Assembly (NCBI GenBank): GCA_964647565.1 | Contig: CAZYIM010000014.1 | Span: 1-59,641, forward strand | Direction of reading: 5' to 3' | DNA: 59,641 bases | Source: an uncultured Methanosarcinales archaeon | Lineage (GTDB): Archaea; Nanobdellota; Nanobdellia; Woesearchaeales; CAZYIM01 | Shown: positions 20,339-30,192 of the stretch, piece by piece | Position numbering within the stretch: position 1 is the stretch's first letter | Layout: each line of letters starts with the position of its first letter | Notes under the pieces: model-generated | The model's database searches: none | The model's input: only the letters and a program-made list of their open reading frames with translations | Told to the model about the DNA's origin: nothing | Made by a program: the position numbers and the translations under genes

Positions 20339-21197
20339 TTTGATCAACGCAGGAAAGGGAAAGAAGCCAAGAAGGAAGAAGCGGGAGTTTCCTTCAAAGC
20401 CAGATGATTCCCGTATCTGGGCCCATGTAGATTTTGCAGTACATATCAATCCCCTGGTAAGGTTTGATGCAGCCAAACCTGAAGAGGCTGTTTTTGGTGA
20501 AGCTGATTTTAAACCTATGCTTAAGGATCAGCTGCTTGCCAGAATAGAGCAACAAGGTAAATCTTTTTATTCTTTTTCAATTAAAGAATCGATCTGTCTT
20601 AGAAGACCTGATGGCAAAACAGAGCATATAGGTGAAATCATTAATGCTGTGTTCCCGAAGTCAAAATATGTCTCTTATGAAAGGGAGCATTATATGAAAA
20701 ACAATATACCTGCAGCATTCTGGGAATACCTTGGCAGGGAAAAGAACAAGATGCAACCCTTTTGTTATACCTTGGTTCCTGGAAATGAAGAATCTCAGGT
20801 GGAACTGATTGATATCACTGTTCCTCCTGCAGGGATTATACCTTATGAACCCATCAATAGTATGGTCAGCCAGACACAGCTCTTTACGGATAATGTTTTT
20901 GTCAGGAATGGCTACAGGGCGAATGTATTTGCAATCGAGATCTTGTTCAAAGAAAAGAGTTTCAAAAGAAGAAAAGGACTGTTGATTCCATTGACCTGTT
21001 ATGATAATCGGATAATTAATGTCATAGGGGGGAATGGAGGTAATCCTGGACACCTCATAGCAGCCACTTATCTGAAAGACAAGATCGTGACTGATCATTA
21101 TAATATTTTTGATTACAGTAATTCCTGGGCAAAAGGGATTGAGATAGCGGTCAATACAAAAAATAACAAGTTCAAGGAAAAACAATGGATAAAATAA
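20331..21197 (+). CDS. Array paralog 27 (288 aa)
   Basis: Start moved to MTNLINAGKGKKPRR; core FAIEILFK..GLLIPLTCYDNRI. Confidence 0.9.
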   Translation: MTNLINAGKGKKPRRKKREFPSKPDDSRIWAHVDFAVHINPLVRFDAAKPEEAVFGEADFKPMLKDQLLARIEQQGKSFYSFSIKESICLRRPDGKTEHIGEIINAVFPKSKYVSYEREHYMKNNIPAAFWEYLGREKNKMQPFCYTLVPGNEESQVELIDITVPPAGIIPYEPINSMVSQTQLFTDNVFVRNGYRANVFAIEILFKEKSFKRRKGLLIPLTCYDNRIINVIGGNGGNPGHLIAATYLKDKIVTDHYNIFDYSNSWAKGIEIAVNTKNNKFKEKQWIK

Positions 21198-22093
21198 TAA
21201 ATGCAGGAACAGGCAAGAAACCGAGAAGGAAGAAGCGGGAGTTTCCACAGACTCCAAAGCACACTGAAGAATATGAACATCATGCTTTTGGGGCTTATGT
21301 CAATCCTGTCTATAACTATTATGTTTCCCCAGGGATAGTTGACGAACTTAAGAAGCTATTTAGCCTCTATAAAGATGCGTTTGATCGTGATTCCATTCTT
21401 GAGAATCTTACCATTGATAAGCTTACTATTTTAAACAAAGAAGCAAAGAACTCCCAGAAAATTAAAAAGAGATTTACTGGCTTCCCTATTAATGAGGGCT
21501 ATATCAAGAATAGGGACTTACTGGGCAGGTTATTATCCAACCTGTTTATCGATGCTGAATATTTCAAATATGAACGGGAGCATTTCGTTAAGGAACAAAA
21601 ATCAAAATTCAGAAATATGACAATTTCCGATGAATTTTTCCGTCCTATTGCGTATACCATTATGCCTAAATCTTCCCACTCTGAGATTGAGATGGTCAAC
21701 CTTACATTGCCAAATCATCACAATGGGACTTTTCCCTATGGCAAGTTGAATAATGGTCTTAAAAAGAAGCATTTCATTCAAAGAGGATATCATCCAGAAG
21801 CTTTTGCACTTGAGATACTTTTCCGGAGAGCAGGTCCTAAAAAAGAGAGAAAAGGATTGCTAATCCCTTTGACAAGCTGTGATTCAAGAATACCTGATGA
21901 AGAAAGAGAGCATTCAGGCCATCTTTTTGCTGTGACCTATGTTCCCTTTATCAAGTTTGGAAAAGGGAGGGAAGTGGTCGGAAGCAAGGTCATCTCACAC
22001 TATTACAACATATATGATTATGCGAACAATTACGAACAGGGAATAAGGATTGCAATACGGACAAGAAGGATATATCATCCAGGTGGAAAATGA
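21185..22093 (+). CDS. Array paralog 28 (302 aa)
   Basis: Leader AGTGKKPRR; core GLLIPLTSCDSRIP..GHLF. Confidence 0.9.
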   Translation: MDKIINAGTGKKPRRKKREFPQTPKHTEEYEHHAFGAYVNPVYNYYVSPGIVDELKKLFSLYKDAFDRDSILENLTIDKLTILNKEAKNSQKIKKRFTGFPINEGYIKNRDLLGRLLSNLFIDAEYFKYEREHFVKEQKSKFRNMTISDEFFRPIAYTIMPKSSHSEIEMVNLTLPNHHNGTFPYGKLNNGLKKKHFIQRGYHPEAFALEILFRRAGPKKERKGLLIPLTSCDSRIPDEEREHSGHLFAVTYVPFIKFGKGREVVGSKVISHYYNIYDYANNYEQGIRIAIRTRRIYHPGGK

Positions 22094-23193
22094 AGAAGAA
22101 ATACATCAATGACAAGGATAAAGGACAAAAGAACATTTTCAATTCTGTGTCAGATCGTATTAATTCCTTAAATACCCGCTTGTATGAGATAGACAAAGAT
22201 GCTGCGAGAAAGGCGGCAGAGGCGGATTATAAAGTCCAAAAAAGAATGTATCAACTTGATGAGAAGATCAATAAAAAGATGTATGATCTTGAACATAAAA
22301 TTCAAGAGACTTATAAAACCGGTTATATCAAGTCTCCTACTGGTAAAAAAATAGTTAATAAGATATTGCATTCTTTGAAAAAGAAGAAAAAAGACAAACC
22401 TGAAATCATCCACAAACCAGAAAGTGGCAGGAAACCAAGACGAGTCAGAAAGCTATTCAAGCCAAAAGATTTTGGAGTGACTGAATGGAAAAAGATTGAT
22501 TTCGGCGCTTATGTGTCTCCATATCATGGCAGGGATTTTTACAACACTTTTAGGAGAACTCATAATAAAATACTTGATTCAATAGGCCAATTTTCTGAAG
22601 ATAAAATCAATTGGGACACTAATATCATAACAGCATCTTATGGTGATATGAGACTATCTGATCTTTTCTTCAATCTTTTTGAGAACGGTAAATTCAGTAC
22701 TGGTACCCGAGGAAGGTACTATCAACATCAACATAACATTCAAAGTTACGGCAAAATGCGTAAGCATCCCAAAACAGTTCAATTTCTAAGATTGATAGAA
22801 CCGCCTTCTTTCCCTCAGATTGAGATGGTCACTATTTCGGTTCCACAACCCAAATATAAGAAGTTTAGATATATCAATGATCCAGATATACATCACAATG
22901 ATTACCTAGATGAACTTCATGTCATTCCAGATGTGTTTTCACTTGAAGTAATGTTCAAGGGAGAAGGACCTAAAAAAGAAAAGAGAGGGTTGGTGTTTCC
23001 TTTATCTGGTAAGGATTCAAGAATTCCTGAACAAGAAGAATCAAGATTAATAGGAGATTTCTTTTTTGTAAGCTATCAAAAGAAGAGAGTGTATACAGAG
23101 TATCATAATGTCTATAATTACTTTGAAAGTTTGGAGGAAGGAATTATTGCAGCTATCAACCATAAACGATTCTACAGAGGTCTGAATGAGTGA
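22090..23193 (+). CDS. Array paralog 29 (367 aa, helical N-terminal extension of about 105 aa)
   Basis: AGGTG RBS plus ATGA overlap; leader PESGRKPRR near residue 110; body close to 31. Confidence 0.9.
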   Translation: MKKKYINDKDKGQKNIFNSVSDRINSLNTRLYEIDKDAARKAAEADYKVQKRMYQLDEKINKKMYDLEHKIQETYKTGYIKSPTGKKIVNKILHSLKKKKKDKPEIIHKPESGRKPRRVRKLFKPKDFGVTEWKKIDFGAYVSPYHGRDFYNTFRRTHNKILDSIGQFSEDKINWDTNIITASYGDMRLSDLFFNLFENGKFSTGTRGRYYQHQHNIQSYGKMRKHPKTVQFLRLIEPPSFPQIEMVTISVPQPKYKKFRYINDPDIHHNDYLDELHVIPDVFSLEVMFKGEGPKKEKRGLVFPLSGKDSRIPEQEESRLIGDFFFVSYQKKRVYTEYHNVYNYFESLEEGIIAAINHKRFYRGLNE

Positions 23194-23980
23194 ACTAATC
23201 GATGCAGGAAGCGGGAAGAAAAAGAAGAGACTTAAGTCTGTTCGTGATGATTTGAAGCGAAACGGCATGGAACAAGTCTTAGAAGGTAGCAATAAGATTA
23301 CAGATATAAAACCCGTCAAGGAATTAGGATGGGTAAGTCCATATTGGCACAAGCACAGAATCGATGCAGACCTTGAAAGGCTTAAGAAAAAGAGTCTAAA
23401 AAAAAATAAAGTGAAATTCATAAAACCGCTTAAAGGAACATTTGGTGACCTTATGAAAGGTTATATCAATTTAGATAAAGTAGTTTATGATCTCTTTAAT
23501 GGCAGCAATTATATCGTTAATAAGAAAATAAAGCAAGAACATTCAATACATATTTTTAGCGAGATACCACAATTGCCTGAAGTTGAAATTGCTTATTTAT
23601 TCCAGGATAGAGTTTATTTTGAAAAAAGCACATGGAAATTAGGCCTTCCAGTCAAACCTGGCAAATTGAAATATAGAGCAGATCCGGCTGCCTATAATCT
23701 GAATGTGATATTAAAACCTGGAAAATATCCATACAGAATCGGTATTTCTATCCCCTTGATCAAGGATATCTCATTTTTTAATAAATTTGCGACTGAGGAA
23801 AAAATACCTAAACAAGCTGTTGGTCTCCTTTCTAAAGCCTATGCTCATACCATCATCCAGCAATTCTTTGAAACTGAAGTTGTTGAGAGGTATGGGAATG
23901 GATTCTATAGTGCAAACGGAATAAAAAATGGGATATTGGCACAAATAAGAGGTGTGAATTTTATCCAAAACTTAAAATGA
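23186..23980 (+). CDS. Array paralog 30 (264 aa)
   Basis: Leader DAGSGKKKK; IPQLPEVEIAYLF; close to 73. Confidence 0.9.
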   Translation: MSELIDAGSGKKKKRLKSVRDDLKRNGMEQVLEGSNKITDIKPVKELGWVSPYWHKHRIDADLERLKKKSLKKNKVKFIKPLKGTFGDLMKGYINLDKVVYDLFNGSNYIVNKKIKQEHSIHIFSEIPQLPEVEIAYLFQDRVYFEKSTWKLGLPVKPGKLKYRADPAAYNLNVILKPGKYPYRIGISIPLIKDISFFNKFATEEKIPKQAVGLLSKAYAHTIIQQFFETEVVERYGNGFYSANGIKNGILAQIRGVNFIQNLK

Positions 23981-24762
23981 CTATGATAATCGATGCAGGA
24001 AGCGGGAAGAAGCCAAGAAGGCGAAAGAAGCTATTCATGCCTAATTCTTTTGGCATGACTGAGTGGCTGCCTGAGGAGTTTGGCGCTAGTATGTCTCCTT
24101 ATCATGATAGGGATTATTATAATCATTTCAAAGATGATAATGAAAAATTTCTTGATTCTATGGACCTGTTTTCTACAGATGAGATCGATTGGAATTGTGA
24201 AATACGTCTCGGGTGTTATACTTCTATAAAAATTTCTGAACTTTTCTTTAATTTGTTTAAGGGTGGTAAGTTCAGGCAGGGAATTCGAAGAAAATACTAT
24301 GATAATCAATACTTTCCCCGAAGTTCATTACGCCTTTCAGAAATCCCTGAAACTGTTCAGTTTTTGTCTTTGGTTGATCCTCCTGCTTTTCCTCATGTTG
24401 AGATGGTCAGCATTTCAGTTCCAAGACCAAATTATTTCTGGCAAACCTATCTTAATGATCCAGAAATTGATGATAACTACTTTAAAACATGGTTGTATGT
24501 TTCTCGTGATGTTTTTTCTCTTGAGGTGATGTTCAAGGGTAAAGATCTAAAAAAGCCGAGAAAGGGATTGGTATTTCCTTTAACAAACAAGGACTCTAGA
24601 GTGCCTGAATCAGAACAACGAATTTTGACTGGGAATTTCTTTGCTGCAACCTATCAAAAAAAGAAAGTGTTTACAGAATTTCATAATATCAATAAATACT
24701 TCAGTGGTCCAACAAAAGGCATGATTGCTGCTATAAACCACAAAAGGTTTTACGAGGTCTGA
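23977..24762 (+). CDS. Array paralog 31 (261 aa)
   Basis: Leader DAGSGKKPRR; shares DVFSLEVMFKG..GLVFPL with 29. Confidence 0.9.
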   Translation: MTMIIDAGSGKKPRRRKKLFMPNSFGMTEWLPEEFGASMSPYHDRDYYNHFKDDNEKFLDSMDLFSTDEIDWNCEIRLGCYTSIKISELFFNLFKGGKFRQGIRRKYYDNQYFPRSSLRLSEIPETVQFLSLVDPPAFPHVEMVSISVPRPNYFWQTYLNDPEIDDNYFKTWLYVSRDVFSLEVMFKGKDLKKPRKGLVFPLTNKDSRVPESEQRILTGNFFAATYQKKKVFTEFHNINKYFSGPTKGMIAAINHKRFYEV

Positions 24763-25548
24763 ATGAATAAATTAATCGATGCAGGAAGCGGGAAGATCAA
24801 GAAGATCAGAAAGGTCACACAGATAGATGACAGGACGTTGGAAGAGTTCAATATAAAGCTGCCTTGGGGAGACAGAATCTTCAATATGCATGATCTTGGA
24901 AAAGATCTGGATAAGATGATCAAGGATGCCAAGAATGGATTTGATCAGGAAAGTACTGAATGGATAGGATCAACCAATATTGAGAATCTGCATGAAATGG
25001 AAGTCATACGTCCTGACATGATCTATGTCGAGACCATGGCTATGATGATGTTCTACAAGAACAGGACATATTCAGTGAAATCCAAAAACTTCCAGACTAG
25101 ATTTGTCGAACCTAAAGGTTATGATAATATTGACCTGATAACCCATGCATATCCCTCTCCTAGATTGATAGACCAGCTGATTAACTATGAAGAACTAGCA
25201 TCGCAATTCAATGAGAATGTGCATCAGATGGGCTTGTTTATTTATTTGAAAAAGAAGAAAAAAGAGAACAGGAAAGCTATCTATGTACCCATGTTTAGTT
25301 ATGATTCAATAGTTCCGAAATCTCAACGTAACCAGAAATACCACATATTCATGCTTGAGTTTGTCTCTGATCCCGGCTATTCTCCCCCTTGGAAGGATCC
25401 TTATCACACATATATCAATGCCAAGTACATCGGAATATACAACTTTTGGAGCCATTTTTCAAAAGGGCTGGAACAGGCCATAGAGCAATACGGAAAAGGA
25501 AAAACACATTCATTTACAAATGGAACACAAAGCACAGGACCCAAATAG
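24763..25548 (+). CDS. Array paralog 32 (261 aa)
   Basis: Leader DAGSGKIKK; core IYVPMFSYDSIVP..HIF. Confidence 0.9.
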   Translation: MNKLIDAGSGKIKKIRKVTQIDDRTLEEFNIKLPWGDRIFNMHDLGKDLDKMIKDAKNGFDQESTEWIGSTNIENLHEMEVIRPDMIYVETMAMMMFYKNRTYSVKSKNFQTRFVEPKGYDNIDLITHAYPSPRLIDQLINYEELASQFNENVHQMGLFIYLKKKKKENRKAIYVPMFSYDSIVPKSQRNQKYHIFMLEFVSDPGYSPPWKDPYHTYINAKYIGIYNFWSHFSKGLEQAIEQYGKGKTHSFTNGTQSTGPK

Positions 25549-26326
25549 AGAACTAATCCAAGCAGGAAAAGGAAAGAAGCCTAGAAGAGTTAGGAAACCA
25601 TTCCCTGACAAGCCTATTAGTGAGGGCTATATCAAGAACAAGGACCTGAAGTTGTTTAATCCAGTTGAACCTGGTGAAGAAAGACCCTTTGAGATTCTTG
25701 AAGCCATTCATGGTTTTGGCCAGGGCAAGCTTCTAGAAAGAGGTTCGATATCAAGCAGAGTGAAATATGCAGGAAGAGGATTAGAATCAAGTTTCTATAG
25801 GATAAGCAATGTTGTTGAAAACCTGTTTGAAGGCGGGTACTATATTTCATATTTGAGCCAGAAGGTAAAATCCAATAAAATCATCAAGGGTGTAAAAGAA
25901 CCCGGTCTGATGACATATAGCATTACATCTGCTCCAGCATTTCCACAGGTTTTGTTGGCTCAACTCAAGGTACCCAATTTCAATGATGATATAGTCACAT
26001 TCAACAACACTGGTTTAGAAAAGAATGCCATCAAGAAACTTTATCAGATAGATCCGAACAATATCTGTTTGAGTGTTATATTTTCAAATGATAAATATAA
26101 AGCAGAACGTAGATGGATGCGAGGTCTGCTATTGCCTTTGACATCCCAGGATACAAGATTCTCTGAAGAATTCCAAAAAAGAACTGGCAATCTTCTCGTA
26201 TTGAGATACATGCTCCCCTCAGTGCATTACTGGCTCAACAACATCTTTGACTATTGCTCTGACCTGACTGAAGGTTTGAGGATAGCGCTCAACACAAAAA
26301 GAAACTACGAACCTCGAGGTAGCTAA
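25520..26326 (+). CDS. Array paralog 33 (268 aa)
   Basis: Leader QAGKGKKPRR; core GLLLPLTSQDTRF. Confidence 0.88.
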   Translation: MEHKAQDPNRELIQAGKGKKPRRVRKPFPDKPISEGYIKNKDLKLFNPVEPGEERPFEILEAIHGFGQGKLLERGSISSRVKYAGRGLESSFYRISNVVENLFEGGYYISYLSQKVKSNKIIKGVKEPGLMTYSITSAPAFPQVLLAQLKVPNFNDDIVTFNNTGLEKNAIKKLYQIDPNNICLSVIFSNDKYKAERRWMRGLLLPLTSQDTRFSEEFQKRTGNLLVLRYMLPSVHYWLNNIFDYCSDLTEGLRIALNTKRNYEPRGS

Positions 26327-27114
26327 TGACAGAAAAACTAATCAAAGCTGGACCTGGAAAGATAAAGAAGAAACGAAGGAATCTAAAAGTAGATCTGAAA
26401 TGTAATAATTTCCGAAATTCTAATATTAACACGTTTTTTCTAAGACAGATAAGAGGGAATCGTTCTGAGGGAAGACATTATCTGATGCCTGACCCTTCTG
26501 AACAAATTATTCGATATATCAATGATTTAGATCAGCCATTTGAATCCATTCAAAAAGAGATGAATAACGATTTTATACGAATAACATCTTTGACTGGTTC
26601 AGACTTTATGCGGTTAGATAATGTTGTTGAGAATATCTTCAAAAAATCTGAGGTCTCAATAACACACATTAAACATAGTAAATATTATCTTATTGGTAAA
26701 ATCAAGCAATATCCAAATATACATTATGCTGTTTTGAAGATCCCTTCTGCAGATTATTTAGAAGAGATAATACCTGAGAAAAGGTTTCATGCATCTGAGA
26801 AGAACAAGGTATCATTACTAAAGCAACTTTCATTCAAAATCAAATTCAAGCAAGGACTTGAAGATCCTAATAAACAAAACGGTCTGGTAATTTTCCAATC
26901 ATGTAAAGCCTCCAAGCTGGCAAATAAAACAGGATACTTGTCTTGGGATGATAACCACTATTCAAAGTATTTGGATAAACCAGTTAGTCATGTCATTTCC
27001 ACGTTTTACAGGGATAATAAAATCTATAGCCATTATTTGAATGGTTATTATGATACTAAGACTTTGGAAGATGGATTAAGACAATCAATAATGGAAATCT
27101 CTAAGGAAATGTAA
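26326..27114 (+). CDS. Array paralog 34 (262 aa)
   Basis: TAATG overlap; leader KAGPGKIKKK; close to 37. Confidence 0.9.
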   Translation: MTEKLIKAGPGKIKKKRRNLKVDLKCNNFRNSNINTFFLRQIRGNRSEGRHYLMPDPSEQIIRYINDLDQPFESIQKEMNNDFIRITSLTGSDFMRLDNVVENIFKKSEVSITHIKHSKYYLIGKIKQYPNIHYAVLKIPSADYLEEIIPEKRFHASEKNKVSLLKQLSFKIKFKQGLEDPNKQNGLVIFQSCKASKLANKTGYLSWDDNHYSKYLDKPVSHVISTFYRDNKIYSHYLNGYYDTKTLEDGLRQSIMEISKEM

Positions 27115-27120
27115 AAAACA

Positions 27121-27867
27121 ATGAAACAAAAAATAATCGATGCAGGAAGCGGGAAAAAGCCAAGAAGAATAAGGAAGATTACTGGCTGGTATGAGGGTGA
27201 AGTATTCCATAAATTTTCAGAGTATTCAGATGTGCAATCGTTGACAGGGGAGAAGACATGGCATCCCTTTGATATGTATGAAAAGATGATTCGAAAAACT
27301 AAACGCGAGATCAAGTTAAAAGGCAAGAATGATACAGTTCCAAAAATCAAATTGCATCCTGATTTCAATACAAAAAACCACGAGTTTGTAAGGATTGATT
27401 ATATTGCCAAGTTTTTTGCGGTTAATACCAAGCACACTGTTGTTAGTCATGATAGTTTTTTAAGCTTTGCTATGGATGAGAAAAATGAAAAATCAAATGT
27501 TGACCTGGTGAGATTGATGATTCCATATGAAAGTACGACGCCCCAACAATTGACACAAAATTTCAATGCAGGGCCTATCAGGGGAGCTATTGATCCTAAT
27601 CTCTTAGGTTTGTACATCTATCTGAAGAAGAAAGAAGATACTACAAGGACATGTCTGGTTGTGCCAATGTGCAAGAATCATAGAAATATAATCAAGCAGG
27701 TCAGCCATGTTTATGGTCATGTATTGATGCAGGATTGGATCTCGAGAAAAGACGAGGATTATGACCAATCCATTGTCAAATACCAAGGCGTATATGAGAA
27801 CAATTACAAACTGATTAACGGCCTTGCAAAGGCCTTAGGTGATTATGGATATGATATGTTAAAATGA
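27121..27867 (+). CDS. Array paralog 35 (248 aa)
   Basis: Leader DAGSGKKPRR; RTCLVVPM..YGH; close to 38. Confidence 0.9.
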   Translation: MKQKIIDAGSGKKPRRIRKITGWYEGEVFHKFSEYSDVQSLTGEKTWHPFDMYEKMIRKTKREIKLKGKNDTVPKIKLHPDFNTKNHEFVRIDYIAKFFAVNTKHTVVSHDSFLSFAMDEKNEKSNVDLVRLMIPYESTTPQQLTQNFNAGPIRGAIDPNLLGLYIYLKKKEDTTRTCLVVPMCKNHRNIIKQVSHVYGHVLMQDWISRKDEDYDQSIVKYQGVYENNYKLINGLAKALGDYGYDMLK

Positions 27868-28679
27868 CTGAACTAATCAAGGCAGGAAGCGGGAAAAAGA
27901 AAAAAAGAATGAAGAAAAAGATTAAGATAGTTGGCAGTGGGATCATACGGCTTGAAGATTTCAATCATATAATCAAAAACGAGGCTGAAAAACTAGGATT
28001 TATCGATGTTTTCCATAATGGTTATGAAATTTCAAAACGAGCGAGGATAATAAAGGATGAGGGTGTTGTCAGGCAGGATGATTTTTTTGAAGAGGTAATG
28101 TATTTCATGGGGATGCAAAAAAATAAGCTTAACCTAATAAAAAAAGATGTCAGATTCTTCAACCTCTCTGAACTTGCTGATCTTATGAGTTTCAGCTATA
28201 AAACGAATACGCAGATAGAACATAAGAAGCTAAGAAAGTATCTTTTTACAGATCTTGATAATTACCCTGAAATAGAGCTGATCGAGTTAAATATACCGCA
28301 TGTGACCAAGAGAACATTAAAATCAAGGATGAAAGGAGGTCTTGAATGGACTTATAGCCGTAATATTCACAGTGTCTTCAAGGAAAAATACCCAGTTGAA
28401 AACTTCACAATGCAGATCATATTCAATCAAAATAAATTAACCCTTTATCAAAAATCTATAAATGAGTTCGATGATAGATATGCTGTCAGTCTTCTTATAC
28501 CCATGTTCAACAGTGACAGGAGGATATCTGACCAGTTGAGAAATAAAGAAGCTAATATATTTGTACTGTACCATTATCAAAACTACACCAAGATCAAATA
28601 CTATGATGTCTGCGACTCAAAGGGGGACCTTGAGAAAAAACTGAAAACAGCAATAAAAAATTACGGAATAAGAAAATGA
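27864..28679 (+). CDS. Array paralog 36 (271 aa)
   Basis: Leader MTELIKAGSGKKKK; SLLIPMFNSDRRI; close to 39. Confidence 0.9.
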   Translation: MTELIKAGSGKKKKRMKKKIKIVGSGIIRLEDFNHIIKNEAEKLGFIDVFHNGYEISKRARIIKDEGVVRQDDFFEEVMYFMGMQKNKLNLIKKDVRFFNLSELADLMSFSYKTNTQIEHKKLRKYLFTDLDNYPEIELIELNIPHVTKRTLKSRMKGGLEWTYSRNIHSVFKEKYPVENFTMQIIFNQNKLTLYQKSINEFDDRYAVSLLIPMFNSDRRISDQLRNKEANIFVLYHYQNYTKIKYYDVCDSKGDLEKKLKTAIKNYGIRK

Positions 28680-29458
28680 CTGAACTAATCAAGGCAGGAA
28701 GCGGGAAAAAGAAGAAAAAGAGAAGGACATTAAAGTCTAATCTAAGACTGGAAAAATATTCTAATTCAGATATTGAAAAACATTTTGCTAACAGGATAAG
28801 AGGGTCTAATCTGGGCAAGGCAGAAGAGATCCTTAATGATACTTTTTTCAAGATTAACGTACCAATGAAAATTCTTGGTGGGGATTATGAGGAGAACAAG
28901 GCTTCGATCAATACCACTGCCAATAGGATTAGTGAAATTCTGGGAACTGATTTCATAAGACTGGATACTGTGATGGACAATCTATTCAAGGATCAGGATA
29001 TTGCGAAATTCAACAAATATGACACAGATTATTATCTAATGTCCAAGATTAAAGAGTTTCCATCTATTATGGTCATGATGCTGACGCTTCCATCTGATTC
29101 ATATCTGGATAAGAAATCTATAAACAAAGGCAAGCTAGATGATCATGGCAAGGCTGGATTAATAAGCAATGTTAGTCTGAATATACTATTCAACAAAAAA
29201 CCTGATGAAGAAAAATATAGCAATGGGCTGCTTGTTGTCCAGACATCTAACGCATCAAATCTGCAAATGAGAAAAAAACCAAAGGATGGAGCTCCTTACT
29301 CTGGGAACCTGGATGTTCCGATAAGCCATCTTTTGCATATTTACAGGAAAAATGACAAGATCGATACTAGCTATCAGGATGGCTTTTTTAATATTTTAAC
29401 ACTCGAACAAGGATTGAGAAAAAGTATTGATAAATTCGGATGTGACCATAAAAAATGA
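28676..29458 (+). CDS. Array paralog 37 (260 aa)
   Basis: Leader MTELIKAGSGKKKK; GTDFIRLD and LDVPISH match 34. Confidence 0.9.
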   Translation: MTELIKAGSGKKKKKRRTLKSNLRLEKYSNSDIEKHFANRIRGSNLGKAEEILNDTFFKINVPMKILGGDYEENKASINTTANRISEILGTDFIRLDTVMDNLFKDQDIAKFNKYDTDYYLMSKIKEFPSIMVMMLTLPSDSYLDKKSINKGKLDDHGKAGLISNVSLNILFNKKPDEEKYSNGLLVVQTSNASNLQMRKKPKDGAPYSGNLDVPISHLLHIYRKNDKIDTSYQDGFFNILTLEQGLRKSIDKFGCDHKK

Positions 29459-30192
29459 CTGAACTAATCAAGGCTGGGAGCGGGAAGATAAAGAAAAAAA
29501 GAAAGCTAAATGGCTTTTATGACAGGAAAGGTTTCAGGAGTTTTGAATATTATTGGACATGGGATAAATGGGAAGCGGGAAATACCCATATGCCCTTCAA
29601 TAGTCTTGATAATCATATTGCTAGATTAAAAATTCGATTAGGTTTAAAATCTAAAAATGAAAAAATTGATTTCCTGAGTTATCATAAAAATTTTAGTGAT
29701 CCTAAGTGTGGATTTGTAGATCTATATCATCTTATCAGTCCTTGGCTTGTAGAATCTAAGGTGGTTATTGACGAAAAAAACAATCTTATCAGTTATGCAG
29801 TCCGAGGTGGCTTTGACAGCTCGAAAATAGATATTGTGACAATGAACAATCCTTCTGCCAATATTACACCTAATGAGTTAGCCAAAGCAATTGAAGCCTT
29901 TCCTTCAAAAGAAGGCATCAATCCAGAGTTGTTAACCCTGAACTTTTATCTCAAAAAGAATAGACATGATAGAACCTGCTTGGTTGTTCCGATGAGCAAT
30001 AAACATCCAGATGTTATAGAACAGCTAAGTCATCATTACGGTCATATCCTGATAAAGACTTACACTGAAAGCGTGCCTGATTGTGATGCTTTTCTAACGA
30101 CCAGATACTATGGAGTTTATAGAAATATGCATAAACTATGGATGGGCCTATCAAATGCAATATGTGATTGTAACAAGGAAATAATCAAATGA
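29455..30192 (+). CDS. Array paralog 38 (245 aa)
   Basis: Leader MTELIKAGSGKIKK; RTCLVVPM matches 35. Confidence 0.9.
   Translation: MTELIKAGSGKIKKKRKLNGFYDRKGFRSFEYYWTWDKWEAGNTHMPFNSLDNHIARLKIRLGLKSKNEKIDFLSYHKNFSDPKCGFVDLYHLISPWLVESKVVIDEKNNLISYAVRGGFDSSKIDIVTMNNPSANITPNELAKAIEAFPSKEGINPELLTLNFYLKKNRHDRTCLVVPMSNKHPDVIEQLSHHYGHILIKTYTESVPDCDAFLTTRYYGVYRNMHKLWMGLSNAICDCNKEIIK

Noticed and set aside
27890..27920. Poly-A or polypurine tracts in leaders as phase-variation switches
   Set aside because: Runs are short and broken by G, and no gene in the window is frameshifted there
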